In this document: positions 11,121-25,805 of the stretch, in pieces
How the letters are laid out: each line of letters begins with the position of its first letter
Numbering within the stretch: position 1 is the first letter of the stretch
From: Catajapyx aquilonaris
Lineage: Eukaryota
NCBI GenBank assembly: GCA_000934665.2
Contig: KZ538153.1
Location: forward strand, 1-64,000
DNA: 64,000 nt
Reading direction: 5' to 3'
Notes under the pieces: generated by a model
What the model saw: the letters and a program-made list of their open reading frames with translations, nothing else
Database searches by the model: none
What the model was told of the DNA's origin: nothing
Translations under genes and position numbers: made by a program

Positions 11121-12529
11121 ATGAGATTGCTAACTTTAACATTGTTGGTAGTGGCAGGAGTCACGTGCTTTCCGGAGTTAAATTTCGAGCAGAAGAGATG
11201 GAACGAATTCAAGGTATTATGGACTTGTAATAATTACTCATGGTGCATTACTAATTGATTGCAATTTTAGGTAAAGTACAATAAGAAGTACGACTCTGCT
11301 GAAGAGGAACAACTGAGACGTGGCGTTTGGGCTGCGAATATAATGATGATTAACAAGCATAATGAGGAGGCGAATATGGGAAGGCAGAGCTACACCTTGG
11401 CAGAAAACATATTTGCAGACATGGTAAATTCGATATGAATATTGCAAAGTACGTGCAATATTTTATTTGAATAATATTTCAGACACACGACGAGTTTAGA
11501 GAGATGATGGGTCAGAAGCCGGTTCAACAATCAGTGACCAAACACACCCTCAATATGGCCGAAGATCTCCCTGATTCGGTACGTTTTGAAATATCTGACG
11601 AACTGCAAAATGTTTCATTTTGTTCCACTTACTCTTTGACTCATTCTTCCAACATTTAAAATGCAAAACTATAAGTCATACTATTATTCAAATTGGCATT
11701 AAAAATGAAAGGTGAGCTCAATTATTAAAATATTCTAATAGGTTAGTATTTCACGTGGAGAAAATGGCTTAAATAATATTGTAAATTTTGTGTGTGGATT
11801 GCAGGTGGACTGGCGCACAAAAGGAATAGTGAAGAAAGTAATGGACGAAGGTCAGCTAGTGTACGGCTGGTGCTTCTCAACCACGGGCACTATCGAAGGT
11901 CAGCACGCACTGGCCACAGGTCAACTGGTGCCTCTCAGCGAGATCAACCTGGCCGACTGCTGTGACTCATTCAACGTCTACCAGTGTATTTACGACATGG
12001 GAGGGGTTGACACAGAAGATGGATATCCTGACCCAGAGAAGGTGAGTGGCCCACTGCTGTGTGTAATTTCTATTTAAATTTATTTTTAAATTTCAGAACG
12101 GAACATGCAGATTCAATGAAAAAACTATTGGATCTACTATAACCGGATGGGAATCGTTGCCACAAGGAGATGAAGGACAGTTGCAAGCAGCTGTGGCCAA
12201 CATTGGACCAATTTCTGTTTATGTCGATGCCAGTCGATCATCCTTCCAGTTCTACAGGTGATATAATCGATCGATTAATTGTTTGTAATGATTGATGATT
12301 CTCTCACTATTATAGTGGAGGCGTGTACAATGAGCCGGAATGTTCCTCCGAAGATGTGGACTTGTCGATGCTGACCATCGGATACGGTGTGACCTCAGAC
12401 AATGTTCAATACTACATATTGAGAAATCACTGGGGACTCAATTGGGGCGAACAGGGTTACATGAGGATGATTCGCAACGATGGAAACAAATGCGGAATCG
12501 CTACTTTTGCAACATACGTCACTGTATAA
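11121..12529 (+). CDS. Cathepsin-L-like gene 1, non-peptidase homologue (6 exons)
   Basis: Signal peptide MRLLTLTLLVVAGVTC, I29 prodomain, VDWR, GYG, RNHWG..WGEQGYM. Catalytic motif reads MDEGQLVYGW instead of [10 protein letters not shown], and DVDLSM instead of LDHAV. Confidence 0.9.
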
Positions 12530-13469
12530 CTGCGAAAAGCCCAGAAAATAAAAGAATTGAATCGACTATTTTAAAAACATTGAGTTGTTTCATTAAAATG
12601 TCTTTTTTTGCCATTAGCCTATACGAGATGGTGACTATGTGGAAAAATAGCATAAGAATGATATACTAGGAAATTCACCACTGTCCACTGATAATAATTA
12701 ACCGAATTTGCAAAAAAAATACTATAGGCCTAGTGGAATTGCAATATTATGCAATATACATCTCTCTGTACACAATTCTGGCCTCATTTGCTAATCGTGC
12801 AGGGAACTCAACACACCTTTGGCACAACGTAATCATGTGGGGCAGACAATCCACACTCACAAATACCTGGATCAGTCAATAATAATATCTCATCATCATC
12901 CACCTCAAAAACCTAAACAAATATGCACATGCTGGATGACTTATATCATGAAGTGTATTGCTGATCGCATGACTGCCATTGGCGCAATCACTCTCTGTAC
13001 ATATGAGCTACCTACAGTTCATTACAAATAATGTAGCAGTAAATAATGACCAAAATTTTAATTATTTACATAATTATTTGTTGTGCCAATCAAATTAAGG
13101 ACAAGTTTCTGCAGGATGAAAATTATTGAAAGTCAAACATGTCATCGTAATGGTTGCTTGGGTAAACAATCCACTATTTCTCTCCTCCCGAATAATTGTT
13201 GTTGTGAACCATTCTGTAGATGAATGTGATAATAACACTTCAGTTTTGTAAACAATGGTACTCGACACACCAATTTTTTTTCAAAAGCCTCCAGGCTAAA
13301 AATAGAATCAGGTAAAAGTCGCATGAAACCGGTAGGACAGGTGAATAACCTGATATCCGAGTCCAATAGATCATATATATTTTTTTTGGATGAAAGAGAC
13401 TCAATATAAGGAGGTGTCTTACCAACAATCCATCGCACTTGTTCCTGTCCTCAAGGCACAACATCAACC

Positions 13470-15029
<1,560 letters not shown>

Positions 15030-16161
15030 ACGTTGTTAAATAATGCTCTTATTGTTAGTGTATAGAATTGCATTTTTTTAAACGGTCAGTGTTTACTTTA
15101 CTGTTTCATTACTTATATCACAAAGATTAAGACAATCACTGGTGGCCTGAATGTGATATGTAGGATCAAGATTCTGACCTTGATGATGGGCAAACAAGTG
15201 CTGCGATTGTAATTTGCCCAATTACAAGTGCTGCACTTACGACACTGCTTTTCTCTTGCGATAAACTGTCAGATATAACTCGTATGCAAAGATTACAAGT
15301 ACTAAAGGCTCCTTTTTTCAAGTGGATGACTTGCCAATGGGTTTTTCCCTATAGGTTGGAAAATAGTATATTTTGATAATTCGACTGCAAGATAGATTTT
15401 AGATAAGGATAACCAGGTGTACCCTCAGACATATATTTACAAGTGTACAAAATGTGTGTACAAATTTTATAATTAGCACAAATAAAGTTGGTCCCTTTTA
15501 TTTCTTAAATGAAGTTAATATTTCAAGCTTATTAATCCTCATTCCTCAACTATATAGGGAAGATATTGTTTCAGAAATTGATTTAAATTAATGGTAAGCC
15601 TGTCGCGCCAATAGGTATATAGAACATGCTACTGTAGCTTTCATAAAATCGGGTCTTAAATTGTTTGCAAATCAATTAAAATTAATTAAAAATTCATAGC
15701 CAGATAGCCATAGTTGCGCGCTCCTTCATAATAAACCAAACCAATTAATAAACAATGAAATTGTGTCTGATATATGAATAGCTATTATCAACAGCTAATT
15801 ATGTAATTATGCGTCCTCCAAGATTGTAAAAAGTATGAGCATTAATTTATTTACAAATCATACCGATTGTGTTACGTATCAAGTGAGCTGATCTCCGCGA
15901 TACGAACTACATTACAGCACTCACAGTATGTACCCAAGTGAAGTGTGACTGCTAATCTCCAATCTTCGGATTTAAAAAAAATAAAGAGATAAACAATCGA
16001 ATTGTCCACCCACAAATCCCCCCCCAGAGGAGTAAACAAAGTTGCACAATAAATGGTCACTTACGTAGCTTTCATTCGCCTATAAAAAGACCCTGGAGAC
16101 GTTCGCCTCGTTACCAGTCAATCGAAGTCGAACCTTTGCTTGTGACTGCACAGAGGCAACA

Positions 16162-17675
16162 ATGCGTCTTCTTATTTTGGCACTTCTTGTGGCCACGGCC
16201 GTCGCCACCACTCGCAGGCTCCGTGTTGGAGACCCAGCTCAGGACAGCAACTGGGAATTTTTCAAGGTATATAAATTTGCTCATTTTTTAAAAACATCTC
16301 CAAAATATTACGCGATAATTAATTAACAATATTTCTTTAATTTCAGAGCAAGTACAACAAGGGGTATGGAAATGACGTGAAGGAAGAGTCCATCCGCCGC
16401 CTGGTGTGGGAGAAGAACATGGCTTATGTGGACGAGCATAATGCTGAATATGCTGCTGGAAAGCATACTTTCTGGCTGGCTGAGAACGAATATGCTGACC
16501 TGGTGATTATCACGCTTTGACTTTTTTTTTGGAACCAAATGGTCATCACTTTTGTTATTGCTTGTGAACATGTCTGATTACTAATAAAAACTAATTATTC
16601 CAGTCCATCGAAGAGTTCCGTGTGATCATGAACGGTTATGTTGCTCCAACTATCAAGCCTAAGCGTGCTGTGTTCAACTCTACCGGAATCAAGGTTCCAG
16701 CATCGGTACGTACACACTTGTATACGCAAAAAAAATTGCACATTTTCGTCGGAAGTATGTAAAAAAAATTTTTCTGTATTGTTGTTGTAGGTTGACTGGA
16801 GGAACTCTGGTATTGTTACCCCAGTGAAGAACCAGGGACAGTGCGGTTCCTGCTGGTCTTTTGCCACCACTGGTGCTGCTGAGGGACAGCATGCTCTTGC
16901 AACCAGGCAGCTTGTGTCGCTCAGGTACGTGGACCGTCGAAAATTGTCCACTACATTTTGCTAATTAACATTAATTCATACAACAGTGAGCAGAACCTGG
17001 TCGACTGTGTTAGCAACTGCAACGGATGCGGTGGAGGATGGCCCGACTATGCCTTCCAGTACATCATCCAGAACAACGGTGTCGACACCGAGGATTCCTA
17101 TCCCTACCAGGCTGTGGTAAGTAAAAGACTATCTTGGCTAACCTTCGATCTCTGACCATGTTTTTTTGATCATATGAACTAATCGTAAACCTTCCATTGC
17201 AGCAAGGATACTGCCAGTTCAACCCCAGCTACGTTGGTGCCACCCTAAGCAACTTCCAGGACGTCGCCCAGGGTGACGAGAACGCTCTGATGCAGGCCTC
17301 CGGATCAGTCGGACCAATCGCAGTGGCCATCGATGCCAGCCACCAGTCCTTCCAGATGTACGGGTACGTATCGAACCAATATCGACGAATCACCATACTA
17401 TGAGTCCTATAATAGCGGTTTATAAGGGTTCGTTTTTTAATCAACATCATTTATTTTTCTTCTCTAGTGGTGGTATCTACTACGAGCCAGCCTGCTCCTC
17501 TCAGAACCTGGACCACGCTGTGCTGGTTGTTGGCTACGGAAGCCAGGGCAACGACTATTGGCTGGTCAAGAACTCCTGGGGCTCAAGCTGGGGTCTTGCA
17601 GGATACATCATGATGATCCGTAACTACAACAACCACTGCGGAATCGCCACCTCCGCTTCATTCCCCATCGTGTAA
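16162..17675 (+). CDS. CTSL: Cathepsin L-like cysteine protease 3 (7 exons, intact triad)
   Basis: TATAAAA at 16081; [36 protein letters not shown]. Confidence 0.95.
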
Positions 17676-18311
17676 AGTTTTTTGAAAAATGTGATTTTGA
17701 TGCAATAGTGACCTGACAACATCTGTAATAAAATTTGAGCTAATGAATCCCTCTGTGTAATATATAAATGTTTGCAATAAATCAGTTCCAAATATGAAGC
17801 TCGAATATTACTTCGATTTATTCAGTACCCACATCCTAAAGTGCGAATACAGCCTACGACACTTCCATACCATTTGCACAATATTACCCATCATCAAATG
17901 AGAAATCACAAGAAAATGTGCCAATCGATAAGATTTTTTTTTCAAGAAAGATATATTATTAACAATTGACCTCAACAATGGTGGGCATGACTTATTCCAT
18001 GATGACTCCTAGCAACAATACTTACATTTCGATTATGGCCTACCCTGCCCTGATTTTACCACAGGTGTTTACCTCGGTGCAAGTGCTGCATCCACACTTA
18101 TGAGGGCCATTAATTAATTAAACTATCATGCGAGGTCATCAAGCTTTGTTGGCAGATCATTCAAGTTCCGCCATTGCAACATCAGTCAGTCCATGAAAAC
18201 ATCTGCGTCCTATATTCTTCCCTCAGCAGGTGAGTTGATCATAGATGCATTGTTTAGTGCATTACTATTCAGTATTCACTGAGTGATACTTTCAGCTTGC
18301 GGGACCTTGGA

Positions 18312-19438
18312 ATGGGTGCTGCTTTATGCAAGCAAGACCAATCGAGAGAAAATGTCGATGGAAAGGACAATCCTACATTACCGGTACGCTGGTGTTTCAT
18401 AATAATACGGATAAACCAGCAGAGCATCAGTTATGTTGCAATGCCATTTAGTCTCCGAAAACATTCAATTAGCAATAAATTATAGACTAAACTACCTAAT
18501 ATGTATCGGACACAACCTACCACACTTCCATCTCCTAGCCAACTGCCTGATGCATCTTATAATAATAATGTATTACATTGAAGTTGCATTGGGGTACACA
18601 CGTTTAATTTTTAAAAAAACAATATAAACTTCTAGTTACCAGAGTTTGTCTGAATCATTATGTTTTTACGGCAATCACTGTCACCATTAATGACATGATG
18701 GCTTCTGCAGGAGAACCGGTTCACGTGGATACCATACTTTCCACCAGATTACCACCACGTACCCATGTTGTGCCCGGGGATTCCGGCACCACCATTCTCA
18801 TCCAAATGCGTCGTGGGTTCGGACCAGTTCAAAGACATTAGTCTCGCAGACTTCAAAGGCAAATTTCTGGTCCTAGTCTTCTACCAGTACGACTTGTAAG
18901 TAATTGACAATAATTTTACGTTTAATAGTTCCTGTTGTATCAATAAAAATTAGGGAAAAAATATCATAATGTGAGTGTTTTTTTAAACAAAATAAAGAAT
19001 TGAATTTTGTATCACTTAAATTCCAGCTTGCCCATATGTTCGTCCGATCTGGACGCGTTCACAAAGAACTTGAAGCGTTTTCGCGAGATCGGTTGCGAAG
19101 TAGTCTGCTGCTCGACAGACAGCCTGGACAACCACAACATGTGGACGTCGTTGACGTTCTCGTTCAGGACGCTTCCGATCATGGCGGACGCGAACGGACG
19201 CATCAGCAGGGACTACGGTGTGTACGACGAAGAGAGAGGTGTTGCCCAGACCAGCCTCTTCATCATCGACAAGGAACAGGTATTGCGGTACGTCAGCGTG
19301 TGCGACGAGAGAGTACAGAGGGACGTGGACAGCGTGTTGCGGTTGGTCAAGACGCTCAAGGAACTGTGCAAGGACATTGTTGGAGAAGGACAGGAGATTC
19401 TTCGTACACCGCCGTACATGGACTGCATCAATGGATAA
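18312..19438 (+). CDS. Divergent peroxiredoxin-like protein A (AhpC/Prx1 fold); exons 18312-18383, 18711-18895, 19027-19438
   Basis: APPF..FKDISLADFKGKFLVLVFYQYDF|LPICSSDL, IGCEVVCCSTDS, ISRDYGVYDEERG, LFIID, RDVDSVLRLV. It shares the phase-2 intron after DF with the canonical Prx. N-terminus MGAALCK. Confidence 0.85.
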
Positions 19439-19882
19439 AGCGCAGTACAATGCGAGACAAAACTAACTGGATGATGACATCGGCACAGGTATTGTTTATA
19501 AACTTGGCATGCATAAAGATTATTTACGATTTCTTTTTACAAAAGTGGTTTGTGTCTAACGGCCAATACGACTCTTTTAACGCCACTTTTAATTACCCGT
19601 ACCTACAAAGGCACGAAGCGTCGTACGCTGGAGTGATAAAATATGCGCACACGATGCATGTTTTCTGAATAAAAGCAGCTCTTGAAGTGTCGATTTCTAG
19701 CTATTGTTTCATCATTGTTGAAGGGAAATACTGTATGTTTGTATGGGGCTTGGTTCCATATATATCTTTGTGGTGGCATTTCCATGGAGGCCTGTTGACT
19801 ACTAATTGATAATCATCAAACTGTTGATCGAATTTTATATGTGTTTTCCATGTCAGCTTGCATGAACAATAAGCCTACCACG

Positions 19883-20873
19883 ATGGGTCTAAATTTGTGC
19901 AGAGAGCAGGACAGGAGGAAGTCCAGGAAGAACAGTGCGACGGAATTGGTTGTTGTACTGTACATTGAAGCATTACAAGTGAACTGTATGATCTTTGTCG
20001 TTACTATAATTCCAGGCACTGCATTCTTATCATGCACACTCACAGTCAGTGAGAAGCGTCATTCCTCGTGGTCTACAAATAGGTGTGACAGCACCCGATT
20101 TCAGATGCAGTGCTTTGGTGGACGGTCAGTTCAAAGAAGTTGGCCTCAAAGATTACGCTGGAAAGTCGTTGGTTCTTCTCTTCTACCCACAGGACTTGTG
20201 AGCACACTAATTCAATAGTATGCAACTCTTGGAAACAATAAATTAGCAAAAGTGTAACATTTTCCTGTCTGTAATATACCATAGAAAACCCTGGCCTCGG
20301 TCGCATTTTTCTATAGTGTCGGCTATACTGTTCAAACACAACAATTTCCACTTTCCAATTTTTGGGGAACATTAATGATATCTACAATATTCTAACAGCA
20401 ATACATCTCGACCTGAAGCTAGTCCTCAAGAAATTCGTAAGTTTTCCGAGAGGATATCAGAATTCCGTACGCTGTCCTGCGAAGTGGTGGCCTGCTCGAC
20501 TGACAGTGTGTACGTCCACTCGACGTGTGTTGCACTGCCCACGGATCAAGGAGGATTAGGTTTGAAGTTCAACATTCCTCTTCTGTCAGATAAGAACGGA
20601 GAGGTGAGCAGGTCCTACAGGGTGTACGAAAAGGATAGCGGAAGGTCCTTTAGAAGCGTGTTCCTCATCGACGAGAAGCAGGTCGTTCGACACAAGGCAG
20701 TGCACGACATGTTGCTTCCTCTGGACGTGGACGATACTCTCAGAGTCCTGATGGCCATACGTACCATCGACGAAAAGGAAGACAAAAGTACTGCCTGTCA
20801 CAAAAAAAAGTTTCGGCCAGACACGTCCGGGCTGGACAATATACGTTTGGCCGAAACTTTTTTTAGTAACTGA
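19883..20873 (+). CDS. Divergent peroxiredoxin-like protein B lacking the peroxidatic Cys; exons 19883-19948, 20016-20197, 20399-20873 (possible extra exon 20943-21193)
   Basis: [82 protein letters not shown]-terminus MGLNLCR; an in-frame upstream ATG exists at 19862. Confidence 0.85.
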
Positions 20874-23800
20874 TTCCTAAAATTTATTTAATTTATTTAT
20901 TGCAGTATATTTTTATAACTATCGAGCACCTCTCTGTTACAGGTTGTATTAGCAGCTTCTGGCAGTCAAGGTCCTCAAAGAAGGAGAGGAGGAAGACCAT
21001 GATACTCGAGATCGAGACGGACATGTCGCAATCGCAAATGGATTTGATACGTTCGCTGCAAGAAGCAGGAAATCCGCCCAAGGTCCGAGTCATAACGCCA
21101 GACAAAGAATCTCTGGACCTGTTCACAGAGGACATAAATTCGGACAACGATAATAAAGGACACGACACAAAGAGGAGGGCCAGCAGAATATAAAGAAACA
21201 CACCGTGTGAGGAATATTGTCAATTGAAAAAAAAATGACTCAATTAAATCAGATGATGCTCATTACCTATTAAGTAATATTGCGTGTAAAATTCTCCCGA
21301 GATAAAGCCAAACCATCATTTATAAGTGACTATATTATTCAAGTGCCCTCTCATGATTTTTTTGTGTCCCACTGGAATTGCACACACGCAATGCGGGACA
21401 GCAGTCACGATTCGCTGCCTGTCACTCAAAAGGCTCGTCATCCATTAAAAGGAGCGGTCACGTTATATGCGCTAATGATAATTTGACCACAACAATGTGA
21501 GCATTCAAAAATAATGTAATCAATGTAATATAATATTTAAAAATAATGTACCACAGGTAATCGTAATGGGGCAATAAATATGTGAATGATAAAATAACTG
21601 CCATTCACATTAAAAAACAATGAAGCGTCCAGTAATAAACAAGCCTATTTGTGTCAAAAAGCTTTACCTTTAAGCTGTTTGTGACAATAGGTCATTAGAG
21701 CCTTATCGTTTTACATGTAAGGAGATACGTACAGACATGAAGTTGACACTTCCATTTCGAACAACAAGAGTGTTTGAGCCTCAGGTTTCTAATATAATTA
21801 GCTTCTCACGTGATGCTCGTTATCATTATACTTAAATTCATGCTTTCGTAAAAATACGTCGTGAAATCGTTTTACACGCTGGACATTGTTTTGTTTGACG
21901 TCAATAAAGGGACGAAATAGCTAACCTTATACGAAACTTAAGTACTGTACAGTAGGCCTCTCCAGTACTACACAAAAAAAATGGCGCAATCGACTATTAT
22001 GCGGTACTTCATATTCCCTTTTTACTACTGTCCATTACTATGTGCACGCGTAATATTTTGCAAACAAAATAATGTTGCCTGCCTACTGACATATGTGCGC
22101 CATTATTAGGGCCATCACAATAAAATTAATGTAAAAGCTCTTCATATCCAATGCCATATACAAATCACCATCATTTGCACACGAATATCTGCGCTCAAAT
22201 TATGAATATTACCACTACTTTTATTTATAGCTCGGTCGTACCTTGTTGGAATTTTTCAAGTATTTCATGTCCACTATTTATGTGCGTATGTGAAGCTCCC
22301 GTTTTATAGGCCATTTTTTTCATCAAGCCCAACCCCATGTTTTTCGCTTTCCGTTTTGTCCCTCTTTTGTCTGCAACCCTAGGGTCTATCCAAACGGCCT
22401 TGTAAAATAACGGTGCCCAACATGGGGTGCGCGTCACCAAAAATATACGGTATACCCCCCAAATTGATTTCCGGCCATGAAAAAAAAAAGCAAGGTCGCC
22501 ACGTGCTCCACTGTTAAATATTATATGAGCTCACATGTGCCAGCTTGCGATTTATTGGCAATTAAAATTTGCGCACACCTTTTTGACTATACATGCTTGC
22601 CAAGAGTTCCCATGATTCCCTTTGTGTAGAGACGAGGGGGGGTAGGTGAGGCCAGCTGTCGACCAGAGACTGAAACGACGAGCAGCAGGCCTCAGTACCC
22701 CGACAGCCATTGAGGAGTGCAGCTGTGGGAAAAAAGAAGTTCAAGGTCTGGCCATTTTCATCCAAACTGTTTGGTCGATATTCTTATAGTCAAGGAGAAA
22801 CATACGCTCTTGGTATATAAAGTGCAGTCCAGGTAAACGCTTTGATAAGTGTGGATGTAGGTACAGTACAGTGCATTGTGTTGTGTAAATGGGTTGTGCT
22901 GGTGGTTGTCTGACTGTGGTACCGTACGAACATACCAACGTCAAATGTGCTCAGGATCCTTTGAACATGTCGGACACATTCACAGACCTTTTGATAGACA
23001 CAGTGTCGGCGTCACAAGAGGTGCGTTATCCGGTTCGTTAAAAAATATGGGGGGGTACATTTTATGTGAAATCGATGCACTTTATGTAGGCTATTGGCAC
23101 GGGTTATGCAAAAAAAGAAGAGGTGGATTATTATTGACTTCCTGTATGCGCCCTAGTGAATAACCCCCTCCTCTTTGTGGCCTTGCACACACGTAAAGGC
23201 ACAGCCAGCAATAATTAACCGTTGACCTTGCTATGATTTTCGTTACATACACCGCCGAATTCGCATGTTTTTATCCGTAATTTGCTACGACGTCAACAAA
23301 AAAAAATTGCAATGTTCATACTCAGTTTTTTTTAAATAAATTACATTATTTTGTCCCAAAAATTATTCTGCAATATGCGTCTTTTATGCTAACAACAATT
23401 AGTTTAAAAAAAGATGTGGAATTTTTCAGATGGGAAGGACCTTAAAATATTTTTGACCTGTGACCCAGAAAACCATATTGGAACCTTTTCATATGCAGAA
23501 CTCTCAATAGATGGCGCACCAGTCGTGGATTTATTTTTTGGCGGATATTTTTTGGCAACTATGCGGACGACGCGACGGATTTGAATCACTAATATGGAAC
23601 AACTATCAAATTTTTAATCCATAAAAATTCGTGTCACTCTTAACTCATGACCCTTTCGGTCTGTTTTGACCTCTGGGGACGCTTATTGTGCGCTATGTAA
23701 CCGTAAAATGACAGTGCCGCAACCTAACGAACGTTATTGTGGCGAGCGTCACGCACAGTGAGTTTGAATGACCAGTGCGCAGCCTCCTCGGCGCATCTAG

Positions 23801-23824
23801 TACGTCACGTGGTCGCGAGCCAAT
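23801..23824 (+). promoter_or_regulatory. Candidate promoter of the canonical peroxiredoxin: ACGTCACGTGG (CRE half-site/E-box) plus CCAAT
   Basis: GC-richer patch tacgtcacgtggtcgcgagccaat. It is followed by a probable 5'-UTR donor aag|gtgac near 23929 and an acceptor ttccgacag at 24443, just before the ATG. Confidence 0.4.
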
Positions 23825-24464
23825 CAGTGGGCGTGATTGCAATTAGTTCGTAATTTGGACACTAGAGGCGCGGACAAGTCAGCTCTATCGGGAGATTCCG
23901 GTACTAATTAGACACATTTTAAATATAAGGTGACATTTTTTGGGGGGCTATTAATTATTAAGTGGTGGTTAATTATGGGAGCACGGCTGTGTTCAATTGA
24001 AGAGCCTTGGCCACATACTTTGGGGCATGCTTTGGTTCAAGGAGATCGTGGCCAATTGCTTGATATACTCCAGAGAAGGTTTGAGGTCAGAAGAAAATAA
24101 GGATCAGCTTAATTGGCTAATTAATTATTATATTAAACTATGCTAGTTTTTTTTCTTCAATTAACTTGCAACCACATTGCAGCAATGTTGCAATGATCAA
24201 AATTACCAGTACCGTAATAATACGGTGCGGTTTAATGCGCAGAATAAAAACATGCGATGTGATGTAATCGAAGCCTCAAAAATAATTACGCAACAGAGGG
24301 AAGTTATCAGCCGGCCCAAAAATGTGTAGCGGATCGCTACTCGCAACTTATGTTGAATGCGATTAGTGTAGGTCGTACACTTCCTGGTAATGTGGGTAAT
24401 AAAATGTGATCGCAGGAAAATAACGCACTTTCTCTTCCGACAGATACCTACAACTCCAGCCAAG

Positions 24465-25805
24465 ATGAGTCTCCAGCCCTTGCTCCTGCCGCAGATGCCC
24501 GCGCCTCACTTCAAGACCATGGCGCTCGTTAACAGCGAATTCAAGGAGGTCTCGCTTAGCGACTACAAGGGGAAATACCTAGTCCTGTTTTTCTATCCGC
24601 TTGATTTGTAAGTATATTACGTACAATTAAATATTACAAGTGATCCGCTATTGAGAATGGTTAGCCTTGAACTGATTGGGTGTCGTTATCAGAACCGGAT
24701 GTCCCATGTTGACAATCCACTTGATATGCGGCCAATATACCGGATGCATTCAAAGCTTCTTTCCTGGCGTTACGTAACGGCTTAAAGGGAATGTTCACTG
24801 TTCATTGCATTCATTGTGACTGCGACTAGCGTCAATGAGCGCAACATCTTTTTCCCCAGCACGTTTGTGTGTCCGACCGAGATCATCGCCTTCTCCGACC
24901 GTGTCGAAGAGTTCCGAAATATCGGATGTGAGGTGGTGGCCTGCTCGACTGATAGCCATTTCAGTCATCTGGCCTGGTGCAACACCACACGAAAGAATGG
25001 CGGCCTGGGCCAGATGCAGATCCCGCTTCTGGCCGACAAGACCGGTCGGATCAGCAGGGCCTATGGGGTGTACCACGAGGAGGAAGGGATTGCTTTCCGC
25101 GGCCTGTTCATTATTGATCCCAAGCAGATCCTGAGGCAGATCACCATCAATGATCTACCAGTTGGAAGGGATATAGACGAGACCCTGCGACTGGTTCAGG
25201 CCTTCCAGTTCACCGACAAGCATGGGGAAGGTGAGCTTTACCGTGAAGTTGATTAATCTGCCTTGTACAGCCCCGTAACTTGTTAATACCGGTACGAGTC
25301 GACTTACACGTAACGCATCGTTAGTAGGCAAGATATTAAGCATAATTAAAGTAAATCAGTTAGGATGTTAACTAGATGCTTCACTGGAAATCATAATCTA
25401 ACTACTCGATTAAAGGAAAAGTCTAGCTGGACATGCTGAAACCATGAAACAAACAAAATGGAAAGTGATGTACGATTTTTGTCGGACAATGATCGGTACT
25501 TACCTCAATTTGGATGCGCCGTTAAATGATACCGTCCCAGCAACTAGCATTGAGTGCTAGTAAAACCTGAAATTAAAAAGCAGAGCTTGATATAAAATGA
25601 TGAAGTAACATACCGGTATGCAGCTCTACAATGAAAATGATGCGTGATTGTAACTTCAAGTAGGATTTTTTTAAGGACTCGTCTGGATGTGATAGTAATA
25701 GCGAAATTATATTTTCCAGTGTGCCCGGCTGGATGGAAGCCTGGAAAGAAGACGATAAAAGCAGATCCGAAGGAGAGCCAGGAATACTTCAAGACCATTG
25801 AGTAA
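24465..25805 (+). CDS. Prx1: Typical 2-Cys peroxiredoxin (Prx1/2, thioredoxin peroxidase); exons 24465-24607, 24860-25230, 25720-25805
   Basis: [46 protein letters not shown] and the C-terminal YF motif are all intact. Confidence 0.97.

Noticed and set aside
11841..11870. Silicatein assignment for cathepsin 1
   Set aside because: Silicateins have Ser at the nucleophile and retain His; here they are Gly and Leu.
19000..19668. 222-aa ORF and other overlapping ORFs over Prx and cathepsin exons
   Set aside because: Alternative-frame or antisense shadows of GC-richer coding exons.
22440..23060. Possible DNA transposon bounded by TACCCCCC...GGGGGGTA
   Set aside because: Inverted match is short and degenerate; no transposase ORF or clear TSD.
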